This document shows positions 28,444 through 38,324 of a DNA stretch of 64,000 nucleotides, piece by piece. The position numbers and the translations under genes are program-made. Origin of the DNA: Pseudomonadota bacterium (GTDB lineage: Bacteria; Myxococcota_A; UBA9160; SZUA-336). Below the pieces are notes generated by a model. It ran no database searches, was not told the DNA's origin, and worked only from the letters and a program-made list of their open reading frames with translations. The stretch's first letter is position 1, and the number at the start of each line of letters is the position of its first letter. The stretch is taken from contig JAGWBS010000003.1 in NCBI GenBank assembly GCA_021295775.1, positions 395 to 64,394 on the forward strand, read 5' to 3'.

Positions 28444-29674
28444 CGGCGAACTCTCCGGGAAACACGGCCTCCAGCGAGCGGCGCAGCACGGCGTCCGGAT
28501 CCAGCGCGCGCAGCGCGGCTCGGGCGGGGGCGTCGCGCTCGGGGTCTTTCCACAGGCGGACCACCGCCTCGGCCAGCTCGCCGGAGTCGGCGACGGACTC
28601 GAGCGCCCCGAACGGACGCAGCAGCTCGAGTTGGGCGCGCTGGTTGTGCATGTGCGGTCCGTGGATCGCGACCCGGCCCGCCCGGACCGGTTCCAGCAGG
28701 TTGTGGCCTCCGATGGGCTGCAGGCTGCCGCCGACGAAGACCACGCGGGCCAGGGCGTAGAGCGACGCCAGTTCGCCCAGGGTGTCGAGCACGACCACCT
28801 CGGCGCCGGCCGCCGGCCCGGAGCGCAGCGCGCCGAGGGCACCCTGCCGGAGCGCGGCGCCGCACACGGCCCGGGCGCGCTCCGGATGGCGCGGCGCCAG
28901 GATCAGTCGGGCGCCCGGTTCCGCCCTCTCGCGCAGAGCCCGCCAGGCGTCGAGCAGCGCTTCCTCCTCGCCCGGATGCGTGCTGCCGGCGAGCAGGAAG
29001 GGCCCGGGACCGAGCGCCGCGCAGAGCTCGGGCGGCGGCGACGGGACGCGGGCGACCGAGAGCTTGAGGTCGCCCGTCACCCGGCAGCTCGACTCGGCGG
29101 CCCCGAGCCGGACGAAGCGCTCGCGGTCGTCGGCGCTGCGGGCCGCGATCACGTCCAGGCGCCTCAGCAGCGCGCCGACGAATCCGCCTGCGCGCCGGTA
29201 GCCGGCGTAGCCGGCGTCCGAGAGCCGGCCCCCGACGATCGCGGCGCGGACCCCGCGCGCGCGGGCCGCCAGAATCAGGTTGGGCCAGATCTCGGTTTCG
29301 ATCAGAAGCAGGGTCGCGACGCGGGCCCGGCGCAGGCTCGAGTCGACCAGTCCCGGCAGGTCGAGCGGCGCCAGCCGCGGCCCGGCGTCGGGCACCAGCG
29401 CCCGCAGGCGCTCCCGGCCGGTGACCGTCATCGAGGTCGCGACCACCGCCCGACCCGCCTCCAGCAGGGCCCGGACCAGCGGAGCCGCCGCCTCGGCTTC
29501 TCCCACGCTCGCCGCGTGGACCCAGACCGTTTCGGATTCTCGCGCCGGCAGCGCCGCGAAGCGCTCCCTCAGCCCCTGCCTCAGCCGCGGCCGGAACAGC
29601 AGGCCCGCGACGGTCAGCGGAAGGGCCAGCAGCGCCAGCGGCAGGAGCAGGGCGTTGTAGGCCAGCCGCAGCAC
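28436..29674 (-). CDS. waaA: 3-deoxy-D-manno-octulosonic acid transferase
   Basis: GTG 29674 shares 1 nt with the lpxB stop. Motifs are VWVHAASVGEAEAA, ETEIWPNL and FVGGSLQPIGGHNLLEP. Confidence 0.9.
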   Translation of the reverse strand: MLRLAYNALLLPLALLALPLTVAGLLFRPRLRQGLRERFAALPARESETVWVHAASVGEAEAAAPLVRALLEAGRAVVATSMTVTGRERLRALVPDAGPRLAPLDLPGLVDSSLRRARVATLLLIETEIWPNLILAARARGVRAAIVGGRLSDAGYAGYRRAGGFVGALLRRLDVIAARSADDRERFVRLGAAESSCRVTGDLKLSVARVPSPPPELCAALGPGPFLLAGSTHPGEEEALLDAWRALRERAEPGARLILAPRHPERARAVCGAALRQGALGALRSGPAAGAEVVVLDTLGELASLYALARVVFVGGSLQPIGGHNLLEPVRAGRVAIHGPHMHNQRAQLELLRPFGALESVADSGELAEAVVRLWKDPERDAPARAALRALDPDAVLRRSLEAVFPGEFAGA

Positions 29675-30801
29675 TAGCCCCGCCCGGCCGCCTCGAGCGC
29701 CAACTCCGCGGCGCGACGGGCGGCCCCCGGCCCGCCCATCCGACGCACCGCGTCCGCAAGTCCGGTCCGGATCTCCTCGCGCGCGTCGGAGCTGCCCAGC
29801 AGCCGTCCCAGCTCCGCGGCCAGCGCCGCCGGTCGGGCCTGGGACTGAATGCGCTCCGGGACGATGCCCCGCTGGGCGATCAGGTTCACCATGCAGCTCG
29901 ACGGCACGCGCGCGAGCCGCCGCGCCAGCTCGAAGCTCAGCGGGTTCGTGCGGTGCGCGACGACCAGGGGCACGCCCAGCAGGGCCGCCTCCAGCGTGAC
30001 CGTGCCGGGCGCGGCCAGCGCGCAGGTCGAGACCGCCAGCGCTTCGTCCCTCGAACTTCGCACGAGCCGGACGAAGTCCGGGAGTTCCGGCGCGGGGCCG
30101 ACCAGGGTCGGCGCCAGGATGAGCTGCGCCTGCAGCTCCGGGTCGCGGGCGTGCAGCAGCCTCGCCGTCTCCAGGTAGACGGGCAGGTTGGCGGCGAGTT
30201 CGTTGCGCCGGCTGCCCGGCAGCAGGGTCAGGACGGGCCGCGCCGGGTCCAGTCCCAGCTCGCGCGCGGCCCGCGCGGGATTCAGATCCTCCCGCAGCGC
30301 CGCCATGCGGTCGACCAGCGGGTGCCCCACGAACTTGGCGGCGATTCCGGCCCGGCGCAGCAGGTCCTCTTCGAACGGGAAGATCACCCCCACCCGCCGG
30401 GTGCGCGCCGCCAGCTTGCGGACGCGCCGGTGGCGCCAGGCCCAGACCTGCGGGGCGATGTAGTAGTAGACGGGCAGCCTGATGCGCCGGGCCAGTCCGG
30501 CCAACGGCAGATTCAGGTCCGGCGAGTCGACCAGCAGGACCAGGTCCGGCCGGCGCTCCAGCAGGGCCCGACGCAGTTTCGCGTAGCCCCTCAGCACCCG
30601 GCCGGCGCTGCCGAAAACCTCCAACAGTCCGCCGATCGCCAGCTCGGACTGCGGCACGATCGTCTCCAGCCCGGCCTCGGCCAGCGCGCCTCCGCCCAGG
30701 CCGAAGAGTTCCAGCTCGAAAACGCGCTCCCGCAGCGCCGCGGCCAGGGCCGCGGCGTGCAGGTCTCCCGAGGCGTCCGCGGTCGAGACGAAGACCTTCA
30801 C
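29674..30801 (-). CDS. lpxB: lipid-A-disaccharide synthase
   Basis: GTG 30801 (GTGA overlap) gives VKVFVSTADASGDLHAAAL... Motifs are YYIAPQVWAWR and LLPGSRRNE. The protein is 375 aa. Confidence 0.9.
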   Translation of the reverse strand: MKVFVSTADASGDLHAAALAAALRERVFELELFGLGGGALAEAGLETIVPQSELAIGGLLEVFGSAGRVLRGYAKLRRALLERRPDLVLLVDSPDLNLPLAGLARRIRLPVYYYIAPQVWAWRHRRVRKLAARTRRVGVIFPFEEDLLRRAGIAAKFVGHPLVDRMAALREDLNPARAARELGLDPARPVLTLLPGSRRNELAANLPVYLETARLLHARDPELQAQLILAPTLVGPAPELPDFVRLVRSSRDEALAVSTCALAAPGTVTLEAALLGVPLVVAHRTNPLSFELARRLARVPSSCMVNLIAQRGIVPERIQSQARPAALAAELGRLLGSSDAREEIRTGLADAVRRMGGPGAARRAAELALEAAGRG

Positions 30802-31757
30802 GGCAGGTCCTCGAACGGCTCCATGCTCTCCTGCACGCGCAGCGCCAGGTCCAGGGCGCGATAGCCGTCCTCCCCCCCGACCTCCGGATCGGCGCGCTCG
30901 GCCACCGCCCGCGCGAAGGCCCGGTCCTGCGCCAGCAGAGCGTCTCCCGCGTCGAAGTCCAGCTTCTCGGCCCGGATCCGCGGTTGCGATTCCCCGCCCG
31001 CGTCGCCCTCGCGCCGAACCACGGTGATCTCGCTGGCTCCGAAGTCGATCGAGATGTAGGCGTCGGACTGGAACAGGCGCAGCTTGCGCATGCGCTCGAG
31101 CGAGACCCGGCTGGCGGTCAGGTTGAGGATGCAGCCGTTGGCGAAGCGCACGCGCGCGTTGGCGATGTCCTCGGTGGCGGACAGCACCGGCACGCCGACC
31201 GCCTCCACGCGCTCGACTTCGGCGCCGGCGAGGCGCGCGGCGATGTCCAGGTCGTGAATCATCAGGTCCAGCACGACGCCCACGTCGGTGGCGCGCGCGG
31301 GATAGGGGCCGATGCGGTGCCCCTCGATGAAGCGCGGCCGGTCCAGGACCGGCTCGATGCGGCGAAACGCCTCGGAGAAGCGCTCCACGTGGCCGACCTG
31401 CAGGACGCGCCCGGTGCGGCGGGCGGTCTCGATCAGAGTCCGCGCCTGCTCGCGGGTCGTCGCCAGCGGCTTTTCGACCAGCACGTCCACGCCGGCGCTC
31501 AGCAGCGCTCCGGCCACCTCCGCGTGGGCGAGCGTGGGCACCGCCACGCAGGCGGCGTCGAGCTGCGCGGCCAGGTCCTCCAGGCGCGTGCAGGCGGAAA
31601 CGCCGTGAAGACCGGCGACCTGTTCGCCGCGCTCGCGGTCGAGATCGCACACGCCCCGGAAGTCGAGCTCGCCCTGCTCCGCGAGCTGGGCGAGCTTGGC
31701 GGCGTGCAGGCCGCCCATGTAGCCGGCGCCGATCACGCCGACCCGCGGGCCGCTCAC
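30798..31757 (-). CDS. Gfo/Idh/MocA family oxidoreductase embedded in the lpx cluster (GnnA-like?)
   Basis: GTG 31757 (GTGA overlap) gives [19 protein letters not shown]... VLVEKPLATT is also present. The protein is 319 aa. Confidence 0.75.
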   Translation of the reverse strand: MSGPRVGVIGAGYMGGLHAAKLAQLAEQGELDFRGVCDLDRERGEQVAGLHGVSACTRLEDLAAQLDAACVAVPTLAHAEVAGALLSAGVDVLVEKPLATTREQARTLIETARRTGRVLQVGHVERFSEAFRRIEPVLDRPRFIEGHRIGPYPARATDVGVVLDLMIHDLDIAARLAGAEVERVEAVGVPVLSATEDIANARVRFANGCILNLTASRVSLERMRKLRLFQSDAYISIDFGASEITVVRREGDAGGESQPRIRAEKLDFDAGDALLAQDRAFARAVAERADPEVGGEDGYRALDLALRVQESMEPFEDLP

Positions 31758-32578
31758 GGCCGGATCCCCAGCAGCGTCACGCCCTCCCGCTCCGCCGCGG
31801 CCCGCGAGCGCTCGCGCTGCAGGATCAGGGTGCGCGACGCCTCCAGCGCCACCGCCGCGAGCCCGCACTCCGCCGCCAGTTCGAGCGTCGCCGGGCCGAT
31901 GACCGGCACGTCGAAGCGCATGTCCTGGCCGGGCTTGGCCGCCTTGACCAGGACCGCGCCCCGGCCGTACCGGGAGCCGCGGCGGATCGTCTCGTCGGTC
32001 CCCTCGACCGCCTCGACCGCCAGCACCACGCCGTCGTGGACCAGCGCCGCCTGGCCGACGTCGAGAGCGCCCAGGCTCTCGATCACGCGCAGGCCCAGCC
32101 GGGCGTCCGCCAGAACCTCGGGCGACGGTTCGGGGCCGGCGATCCGGCCCTCCGGGGTCATGCGGTCCTCCAGATAGGCGGTGGACTCGACCACGCGCAT
32201 CCCCTCGTCTTCGAGTTCCCCCGCCAGGGCGCGCAGGATCGCGTCGTCCCCGCGCGCGCGGCCGGAGGACAGCCGGGCGAGCAGCGCGAGCGCTCGCGCG
32301 TCCGGCCGCAGCGCGCCGGGGTCGCGCAGGATTCGCCGCTTGGAGACCGCCCCGGCCAGGAGCACCTCTCGAGCCCCCGCCTCGCGCAGAAACCCGATCA
32401 GGGCATCGAGCTGGCCGGCGTTGAACCAGGCGACGGTCGCGCCGGAAACGCCTTCCAGCGACGGATCGGCATTGTCCTCGATTGCGGCCACCGACAGTCC
32501 CCGGCCGCGTTCCCGAACCGCGGTCGCCACCTCGAGCGGCAGGGGACCGCTGCCCGCGATCAGACCGATGACGGCCAC
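31754..32578 (-). CDS. lpxI: UDP-2,3-diacylglucosamine pyrophosphatase LpxI (DUF1009)
   Basis: GTG 32578 gives [18 protein letters not shown]... Motifs are [28 protein letters not shown] and [15 protein letters not shown]. Confidence 0.8.
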   Translation of the reverse strand: MAVIGLIAGSGPLPLEVATAVRERGRGLSVAAIEDNADPSLEGVSGATVAWFNAGQLDALIGFLREAGAREVLLAGAVSKRRILRDPGALRPDARALALLARLSSGRARGDDAILRALAGELEDEGMRVVESTAYLEDRMTPEGRIAGPEPSPEVLADARLGLRVIESLGALDVGQAALVHDGVVLAVEAVEGTDETIRRGSRYGRGAVLVKAAKPGQDMRFDVPVIGPATLELAAECGLAAVALEASRTLILQRERSRAAAEREGVTLLGIRP

Positions 32579-32586
32579 CGGCCCGT

Positions 32587-33372
32587 CTACCTCGCGCGCG
32601 CGAAGCCCCGCTCGGACGCCTCCAGAAACGTCAGCATGCGCTGCGCGTCCTTGGAGTCCGGCAGCTCCGTTCGAATCCGGGCGAAGGCCTCGTCCGGCGA
32701 GAGCTTGGAGCGGAACACGAGGCGAAACGCGCGCTCGACGTCGGCGATGCGCTCTGCGCCCCAGCCGCGCCGCTCCAGCCCGATGCGGTTGATCTTCAGC
32801 ACGCGCGCCGGATAGCCGTGAACGAAGCAGAACGGCGACACGTCCTGGATCACGCCGGAGATCGCGCCGACGAAGGCCGACTCTCCGATGCGCAGGAACT
32901 GCTGGATGCCGGTCGAGGCCTCGATCACCGCGTAGTCTTCGATCTGGACGTGACCCGCCAGCATCACCTGATTCGAGAGGATGACGCGGTTGCCGATCCT
33001 GCAGTCGTGCGCCACGTGCGCCCCGGCCATCAGCAGATTGTCGTCCCCGATGGCGGTGACGCCGCCGCCCGAGGCGGTCCCGGGGTTGACGGTGACGTAC
33101 TCGCGCAACTGGTTGCGCTCCCCGAGGATCAGGCGCGTGTCCTCGCCGCGGTATTTCTGGTCCTGAGGGCGCTCGCCGATCGACGCGAACGGAAACACCA
33201 CGCTCTCCGCGCCCACCTCGGTGTTCCCGGTCACGTGGGCGTGCGCGCGCAGCACCACGCCCTCGCCCAGGCGCACGCCCGGGCCGACGGTCGCGTAGGC
33301 TCCCAGCTCGACGCCGTCGGCCAGATCGGCCCGGGAGTCGACCACGGCCGTGGGGTGGATCGAGCCGCTCAC
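32587..33372 (-). CDS. lpxA: acyl-ACP--UDP-N-acetylglucosamine O-acyltransferase
   Basis: GTG 33372 (GTGA overlap with the fabZ stop) gives [12 protein letters not shown]... It has left-handed beta-helix hexapeptide repeats and a C-terminal helical domain. The protein is 261 aa. Confidence 0.9.
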   Translation of the reverse strand: MSGSIHPTAVVDSRADLADGVELGAYATVGPGVRLGEGVVLRAHAHVTGNTEVGAESVVFPFASIGERPQDQKYRGEDTRLILGERNQLREYVTVNPGTASGGGVTAIGDDNLLMAGAHVAHDCRIGNRVILSNQVMLAGHVQIEDYAVIEASTGIQQFLRIGESAFVGAISGVIQDVSPFCFVHGYPARVLKINRIGLERRGWGAERIADVERAFRLVFRSKLSPDEAFARIRTELPDSKDAQRMLTFLEASERGFARAR

Positions 33373-33824
33373 GCTCCGCCTTCCCATTCGACGAACTGCG
33401 CCAGCAGCTTGGCGCTGGCCGCGGTCTCGCCCTCCACGCTGGCCACGCCCTCGACCCGCAGACTGCGGCCGCGGCGGTGCAGGAAACGCACCGACAGGCG
33501 CAGCACCTCGCCGGGCCGGACCGGCCGGCGGAAGCGCGCCTTGTCGACCCCCGCCAGCACCGGGACCATGCCCTCCATTTCCGGGAAGAGCTTGCGCGCG
33601 CCGATGCAGGCGGCCTGCGCCAGGGCCTCCACGATCAGCACGCCGGGCATGATCGGCAGGTCCGGAAAGTGGCCCTGGAAAAACGGTTCGTTGGCGCTGA
33701 CCAGCTTGATCGCCACGATCCCGCGATCGTCGAGTTCGAGCACGCGGTCGACCAGCAACATCGGAAAGCGATGGGGCAGCAGCTCCCGGATCTGGTCGAC
33801 CGTGAGGACCGTCGGCTCGGACAT
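33369..33824 (-). CDS. fabZ: 3-hydroxyacyl-ACP dehydratase
   Basis: Motifs are [36 protein letters not shown]. Confidence 0.95.
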   Translation of the reverse strand: MSEPTVLTVDQIRELLPHRFPMLLVDRVLELDDRGIVAIKLVSANEPFFQGHFPDLPIMPGVLIVEALAQAACIGARKLFPEMEGMVPVLAGVDKARFRRPVRPGEVLRLSVRFLHRRGRSLRVEGVASVEGETAASAKLLAQFVEWEGGA

Positions 33825-33845
33825 GGCGCGGCCGCGCTGCGCGGG

Positions 33846-34370
33846 CTAGTCCATCCCGTCGACGCGCTGCACGACCAGCTCGGTGATGTCCAGCGCGTCC
33901 TTGGAAAAGACGATGCCCGGGGTCGAGCGGTCGATGATCACGTCGAAGCCCTGCTGCTGGCCGATCTCGCGCACGGCCTGGGCCCATTTCTCGAGCACGG
34001 GACGGAGCATCTTGCGCTCCTGTACGGTCAGATCGTCGCGCGCCGCCGACAGCTCCCGCTCGAGTTCGCGCTTGCGCTGCTCCAGGTCGAGCGCCCGCTC
34101 CTCCAGCACGTCCTGCGACAGCACGAAGCGCTGCGACTCGAGATCCTCCTGCAGGCGCTGGAACTCCTTCTGGCGCGGCTCCATCTCGCTCTGCTTGACG
34201 TCGGCGAGGGCCTCCAGGCTTTTCTGGGCCTCCTGGCCGTTCTGGGTGCTCAGAATGCCGCGCCGCTGATCGACGAGGCCGATCTTGATTTCGGCGAGGG
34301 CCTGGCCGGGCAGCCAGACCGAAAGGATTGCGACCAGCGCGAGCGACCGGCGCAGCATGGGCATGGGCAT
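33846..34370 (-). CDS. skp: OmpH/Skp periplasmic chaperone
   Basis: ATG 34370 is preceded by AAGGAG. The signal peptide is [26 protein letters not shown], followed by a Q/E/R/L-rich coiled-coil body. The protein is 174 aa. The rest of track ORF 33846..36332 is junk antisense to, or out of frame with, bamA. Confidence 0.85.
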   Translation of the reverse strand: MPMPMLRRSLALVAILSVWLPGQALAEIKIGLVDQRRGILSTQNGQEAQKSLEALADVKQSEMEPRQKEFQRLQEDLESQRFVLSQDVLEERALDLEQRKRELERELSAARDDLTVQERKMLRPVLEKWAQAVREIGQQQGFDVIIDRSTPGIVFSKDALDITELVVQRVDGMD

Positions 34371-34396
34371 GGGATCTCCTTGTGGGACGCGGGGAA

Positions 34397-37300
34397 TCAG
34401 AACGTCTGGCCGCCCATGGAGAACTCGAAGACGCTGGCGTCCTCGTCCTCCAGCTTGTTGAGCGGGATTCCCAGAATGATCGTGATCGGACCGAAGGGGC
34501 TGAACCACTGCACCCCGCCTCCGGCTCCGAAGCGCAGGTTCGACAGGTCGAAGCCCTCGTTCTCCGCGTACGCGTTGCCCATGTCCGTGAAGACGTGGCC
34601 CTTGAGACCCAGTTCCTCCGAGAGGGGGAACTGCAGCTCCAGGTTCAGCAGCAGCATCTTGTTGCCGCCGATCACGTCCGTCTCGTCCAGATCGATGAAG
34701 TCGTCTTCGTCCGCATCGGTCAGCCGGTTGCAGCCATCCTGCAACGTGCACTCGCCCGTCTCGCGGTTCACCCCAAACGGGCTGAAGGCGCGGTCTGCGG
34801 GGTTGCTGAAGTTCCGATGCGAAGTCAGGACCGCGCGCCGCGGGCCGACCGCGCGCTGCTTGAAGCCGCGCAGCTGGAAGGAGCCCAGACCGCCCAGGAA
34901 GTAGCGCTCGGTCAGCGGCAGATCGAGGTCGCCGTCGATCTGCGCCAGACCCGCGAAGTCCGGACTGCTGGCGGCGAACGCCGCACAGGAGTTCGGGTCC
35001 AGAGGATCGCCGCCGCACGACGGCAGGTCGAAGTCCCCGATGTCGTTGAAGGGCAGCGCCCAGCCGACCCGGCCGTTGACCACGAACGTCGCCTCGAACG
35101 GCAGCCAGCGGATCGGCAGCCAGTGCGAACTGCGCGCCTCCAGGCGCAGAAACTCGTTCAGGCCGCCGACGCCCGCGTAGTCCAGCGAGATCCCCGACAG
35201 CAGTCCGCGGTTGGGAAAGCGGATGTCGTCGCGCGTGTCGCGGCGCAGCGAAAGGCTGAGCTGCGAAGTGGTCGTGTCGCCTCCGAAGTCCTCGCGCTGC
35301 AGAATCGAGGCGGCGCGGAACAGCTCGAAGCTGCCTACCCCGCGGCTCGAGAAGCCGTAGCCGCCGCCGATGCGGGTGTCGCTCTCGTCCAGCGGATAGT
35401 CGAGGCTCAGGTTCAGTCCGCGGATGTCCTCGTCGAAGTCCAGGAACTCGCGCTCCAGGTTGGAGACCGTGGCGCTGAACGTCGCGACCGTCCCCATCAC
35501 GTACGGCTCGATGTAGCTGACGAAAAGTCGCGAGTTGCGCGAGCCGATGTCCGCGCTGGCGTGCGCCGCGCGGCCGCGCCCCCCCAGGTTGTCCTGGCGC
35601 AGCGAGCCGGTGACCACGAAGCCGTCGGTCGACCCCACGCCCGCGCCGAAACTGAAGCTGCCAGTGGGGCGTTCGACCACGTCGATGTCCAGACCCACGC
35701 GTCCGGCCTGGTTGAGACCCTGAGGTTCGATCTCCACCTCTTCGAAGAATCCCAGCCGGCGGATGCGCCGCTGGCTGCGCCGCATGGCGCCGAGCGAATA
35801 CAGCTCGCCCTCGCCCAGGTTCATCTCGCGGCGGATCACCCGGTCGCGCGTACGGGTGTTGCCGCTGATGTCGACGTTGTCGACGAAGAACAGGCCGCCC
35901 TTCTCGACCTCGAAGGTCACGTCGATCAGCAGCTCCCTGGAATTGACCTGCGTGCGCGGGCTGACGGCCGCTTCGAAGAAGCCCAGGTTCTCGTAGTAGC
36001 CCTTCAGCCGCTCCACGTCGTCGGAGAGCTCGCCGCGGCTGAAGATCTCTCCCGGCTCGAGCTGCACCGACGCGAGCAGCCTCTCCCGGTCCATCGCGTC
36101 GTCGCCGAGCACGTCGATGCGGCCCACCGAAAACTGCGGCCCTTCGATGATGTCGACGTTGACGATGATGCCCCGCTCGTTGACTTCGACGTCGGGCTGG
36201 CCGATGTGGGCGCGGATGAAGCCCTGGTCGCCGTACTTGCGGCTGATCGTGTCCAGATCGCCCATGAAGATCGGCTCGGCGTACAGACCCGAGTGATCCC
36301 AGAACTGGGAGACCAGCGAGTACCAGCGCCACGGCTTGGTCTCCAGGCCGTTCAGCAGTTCGTTGGCGCCGATCGACTCGTTGCCGTTGAAGCGGATCTC
36401 GCGCAGGCGGAGCTTGCGTCCCTCTTCCACGTCGAAGTTGACCGCGACGATGCCCTCGTCGAGCGCCTCGATCTCGTAGATGACCTCCGCCTGGTAGTAG
36501 CCCTTGGTCTGGTACAGCGCCTGGATGCGCTCCTGGTTCTCGATCAGCAGCGGATAGTCGATCGCCGAGCCGACGCTCAGCGTCATCTTCTCCGTGATGT
36601 CGTCGCCGTCGAGGTTCTCGTTGCCGCTGATGCTGACCCGGCGGATGATCGGGTTCTCTTCGACGGTGTAGGTCACGATCGCGCCGCCCGGGGCGTCGGT
36701 CGCCAGGACCTGCACGTCGCGGAAGAAACCCAACTCGTAGATCCGCCCGATGTCGTCGGCCACGACTTCGGGGTCGAGGGGCTCGCCGCGGCGGGTGCTC
36801 ACCACCGCCAGGATGGCGTCGGCCTCGATCCGGCGCTCGCCGTCCACCCGGACGCCCACGACCGTCGGGCGAGGCCCGGTCGGAAGCGCCGGCGCGGTCT
36901 CGGGCGGCTCCTCGCCGGGATCGAGCGTGGGCTCGGGCTCCTCGCCGGCGGTGGGAGGAAGTCCCGGAGGGGGTTCGTCCAGCTGCGCCAGCAGCGGTCC
37001 GGGCCGCGTTCCGGAATCGCCCAGCAGGTCCCGGCGCACGCGCTCGGCGGCCGCCCGCAGCGCCTCGGCGACTTGCTCGGGGCGCTCGGCCAGCAGGACG
37101 AACTCGAGGTCGCCGCCTCCGCTGGCCCGCACGTCGACCGAGTAGCCGCTCGGGGCCCGGGAGATCCGGGCCAGCACGGCGGCGTGGCCGGGTCCGGGAG
37201 CCCGGCGAGCCGCCAGCCAGTCCAGCCCGGCGGATCCCTGGACCTCGGAGCCGGGGTCGGGAGCTTCCAGCAGTTCGCTGTGACGGACGCTCAGGGTCCC

Positions 37301-37528
37301 CGCCGCGGTGGGAGACCTCAGGGCCCGCACCCAGCCGCCCAGCCAGTCGCTGGCCCTTTCGGGGGTCGTCCGTTCGGCCGCCTCCAGAGCGACGGAGACG
37401 GTCAGCTCGCGCCCGGGAGCGGCCGGATTGGCGTACGCCGGTGCATAGCTCCAGACGAAGAGCGCGGCCAGCAGCAGCCCGAGGATCGGGCGCGGGGCCG
37501 CACGCGAGACTGACTGACGTGCGATCAA
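34397..37528 (-). CDS. bamA: outer membrane protein assembly factor BamA with extra N-terminal domain
   Basis: The start is TTG 37528 (SD GAGAGAGGA; the track start is GTG 37558). The signal peptide is ...LLLAALFVWSYAPAYA. An extra region of ~190 aa comes next, then ~390 aa of POTRA repeats. The barrel has a loop-6 LRGF motif and an ECTLQDGC Cys pair like E. coli, and ends in F. Confidence 0.9.
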   Translation of the reverse strand: MIARQSVSRAAPRPILGLLLAALFVWSYAPAYANPAAPGRELTVSVALEAAERTTPERASDWLGGWVRALRSPTAAGTLSVRHSELLEAPDPGSEVQGSAGLDWLAARRAPGPGHAAVLARISRAPSGYSVDVRASGGGDLEFVLLAERPEQVAEALRAAAERVRRDLLGDSGTRPGPLLAQLDEPPPGLPPTAGEEPEPTLDPGEEPPETAPALPTGPRPTVVGVRVDGERRIEADAILAVVSTRRGEPLDPEVVADDIGRIYELGFFRDVQVLATDAPGGAIVTYTVEENPIIRRVSISGNENLDGDDITEKMTLSVGSAIDYPLLIENQERIQALYQTKGYYQAEVIYEIEALDEGIVAVNFDVEEGRKLRLREIRFNGNESIGANELLNGLETKPWRWYSLVSQFWDHSGLYAEPIFMGDLDTISRKYGDQGFIRAHIGQPDVEVNERGIIVNVDIIEGPQFSVGRIDVLGDDAMDRERLLASVQLEPGEIFSRGELSDDVERLKGYYENLGFFEAAVSPRTQVNSRELLIDVTFEVEKGGLFFVDNVDISGNTRTRDRVIRREMNLGEGELYSLGAMRRSQRRIRRLGFFEEVEIEPQGLNQAGRVGLDIDVVERPTGSFSFGAGVGSTDGFVVTGSLRQDNLGGRGRAAHASADIGSRNSRLFVSYIEPYVMGTVATFSATVSNLEREFLDFDEDIRGLNLSLDYPLDESDTRIGGGYGFSSRGVGSFELFRAASILQREDFGGDTTTSQLSLSLRRDTRDDIRFPNRGLLSGISLDYAGVGGLNEFLRLEARSSHWLPIRWLPFEATFVVNGRVGWALPFNDIGDFDLPSCGGDPLDPNSCAAFAASSPDFAGLAQIDGDLDLPLTERYFLGGLGSFQLRGFKQRAVGPRRAVLTSHRNFSNPADRAFSPFGVNRETGECTLQDGCNRLTDADEDDFIDLDETDVIGGNKMLLLNLELQFPLSEELGLKGHVFTDMGNAYAENEGFDLSNLRFGAGGGVQWFSPFGPITIILGIPLNKLEDEDASVFEFSMGGQTF

Positions 37529-37567
37529 AGGATCCTCTCTCGGCCGGGCGTGTCGCACGGCCCCAGC

Positions 37568-37596
37568 ATTGTATCGAGCCCTCGGGGCGCGATCAA
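37568..37596 (-). promoter_or_regulatory. candidate sigma70-type promoter for bamA (TTGATC-N17-TACAAT)
   Basis: The minus strand reads TTGATC (37596-37591), a 17-nt spacer, then TACAAT (37573-37568). This is ~40 nt upstream of TTG 37528. An AT-rich hexamer stands out in this GC-rich DNA. The call rests on hexamer similarity only. Confidence 0.35.
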
Positions 37597-37652
37597 AGCC
37601 CCGGGCTCCGCGAAACCGCGGTTTCGGCGCGGCCGGCCGTGTCGCGCGGGGC

Positions 37653-38316
<664 letters not shown>

Positions 38317-38324
<8 letters not shown>

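Noticed and set aside
34356-34373. A tandem (GGGCAT)x3 microrepeat.
   Set aside because: It is simply the coding sequence for MPMPM at the start of skp (ATG CCC ATG CCC ATG). It is too short to be a meaningful repeat element.
34680-35035. Cysteine-containing insertions in the BamA barrel (PSCGGDPLDPNSC and ETGECTLQDGC) as a novel surface loop.
   Set aside because: E. coli BamA loop 6 has an equivalent long insert after the (V/L)RGF motif, with a Cys pair (ECATQDGAKDLC). At least the second pair is therefore a conserved feature. The first pair alone is weak evidence.
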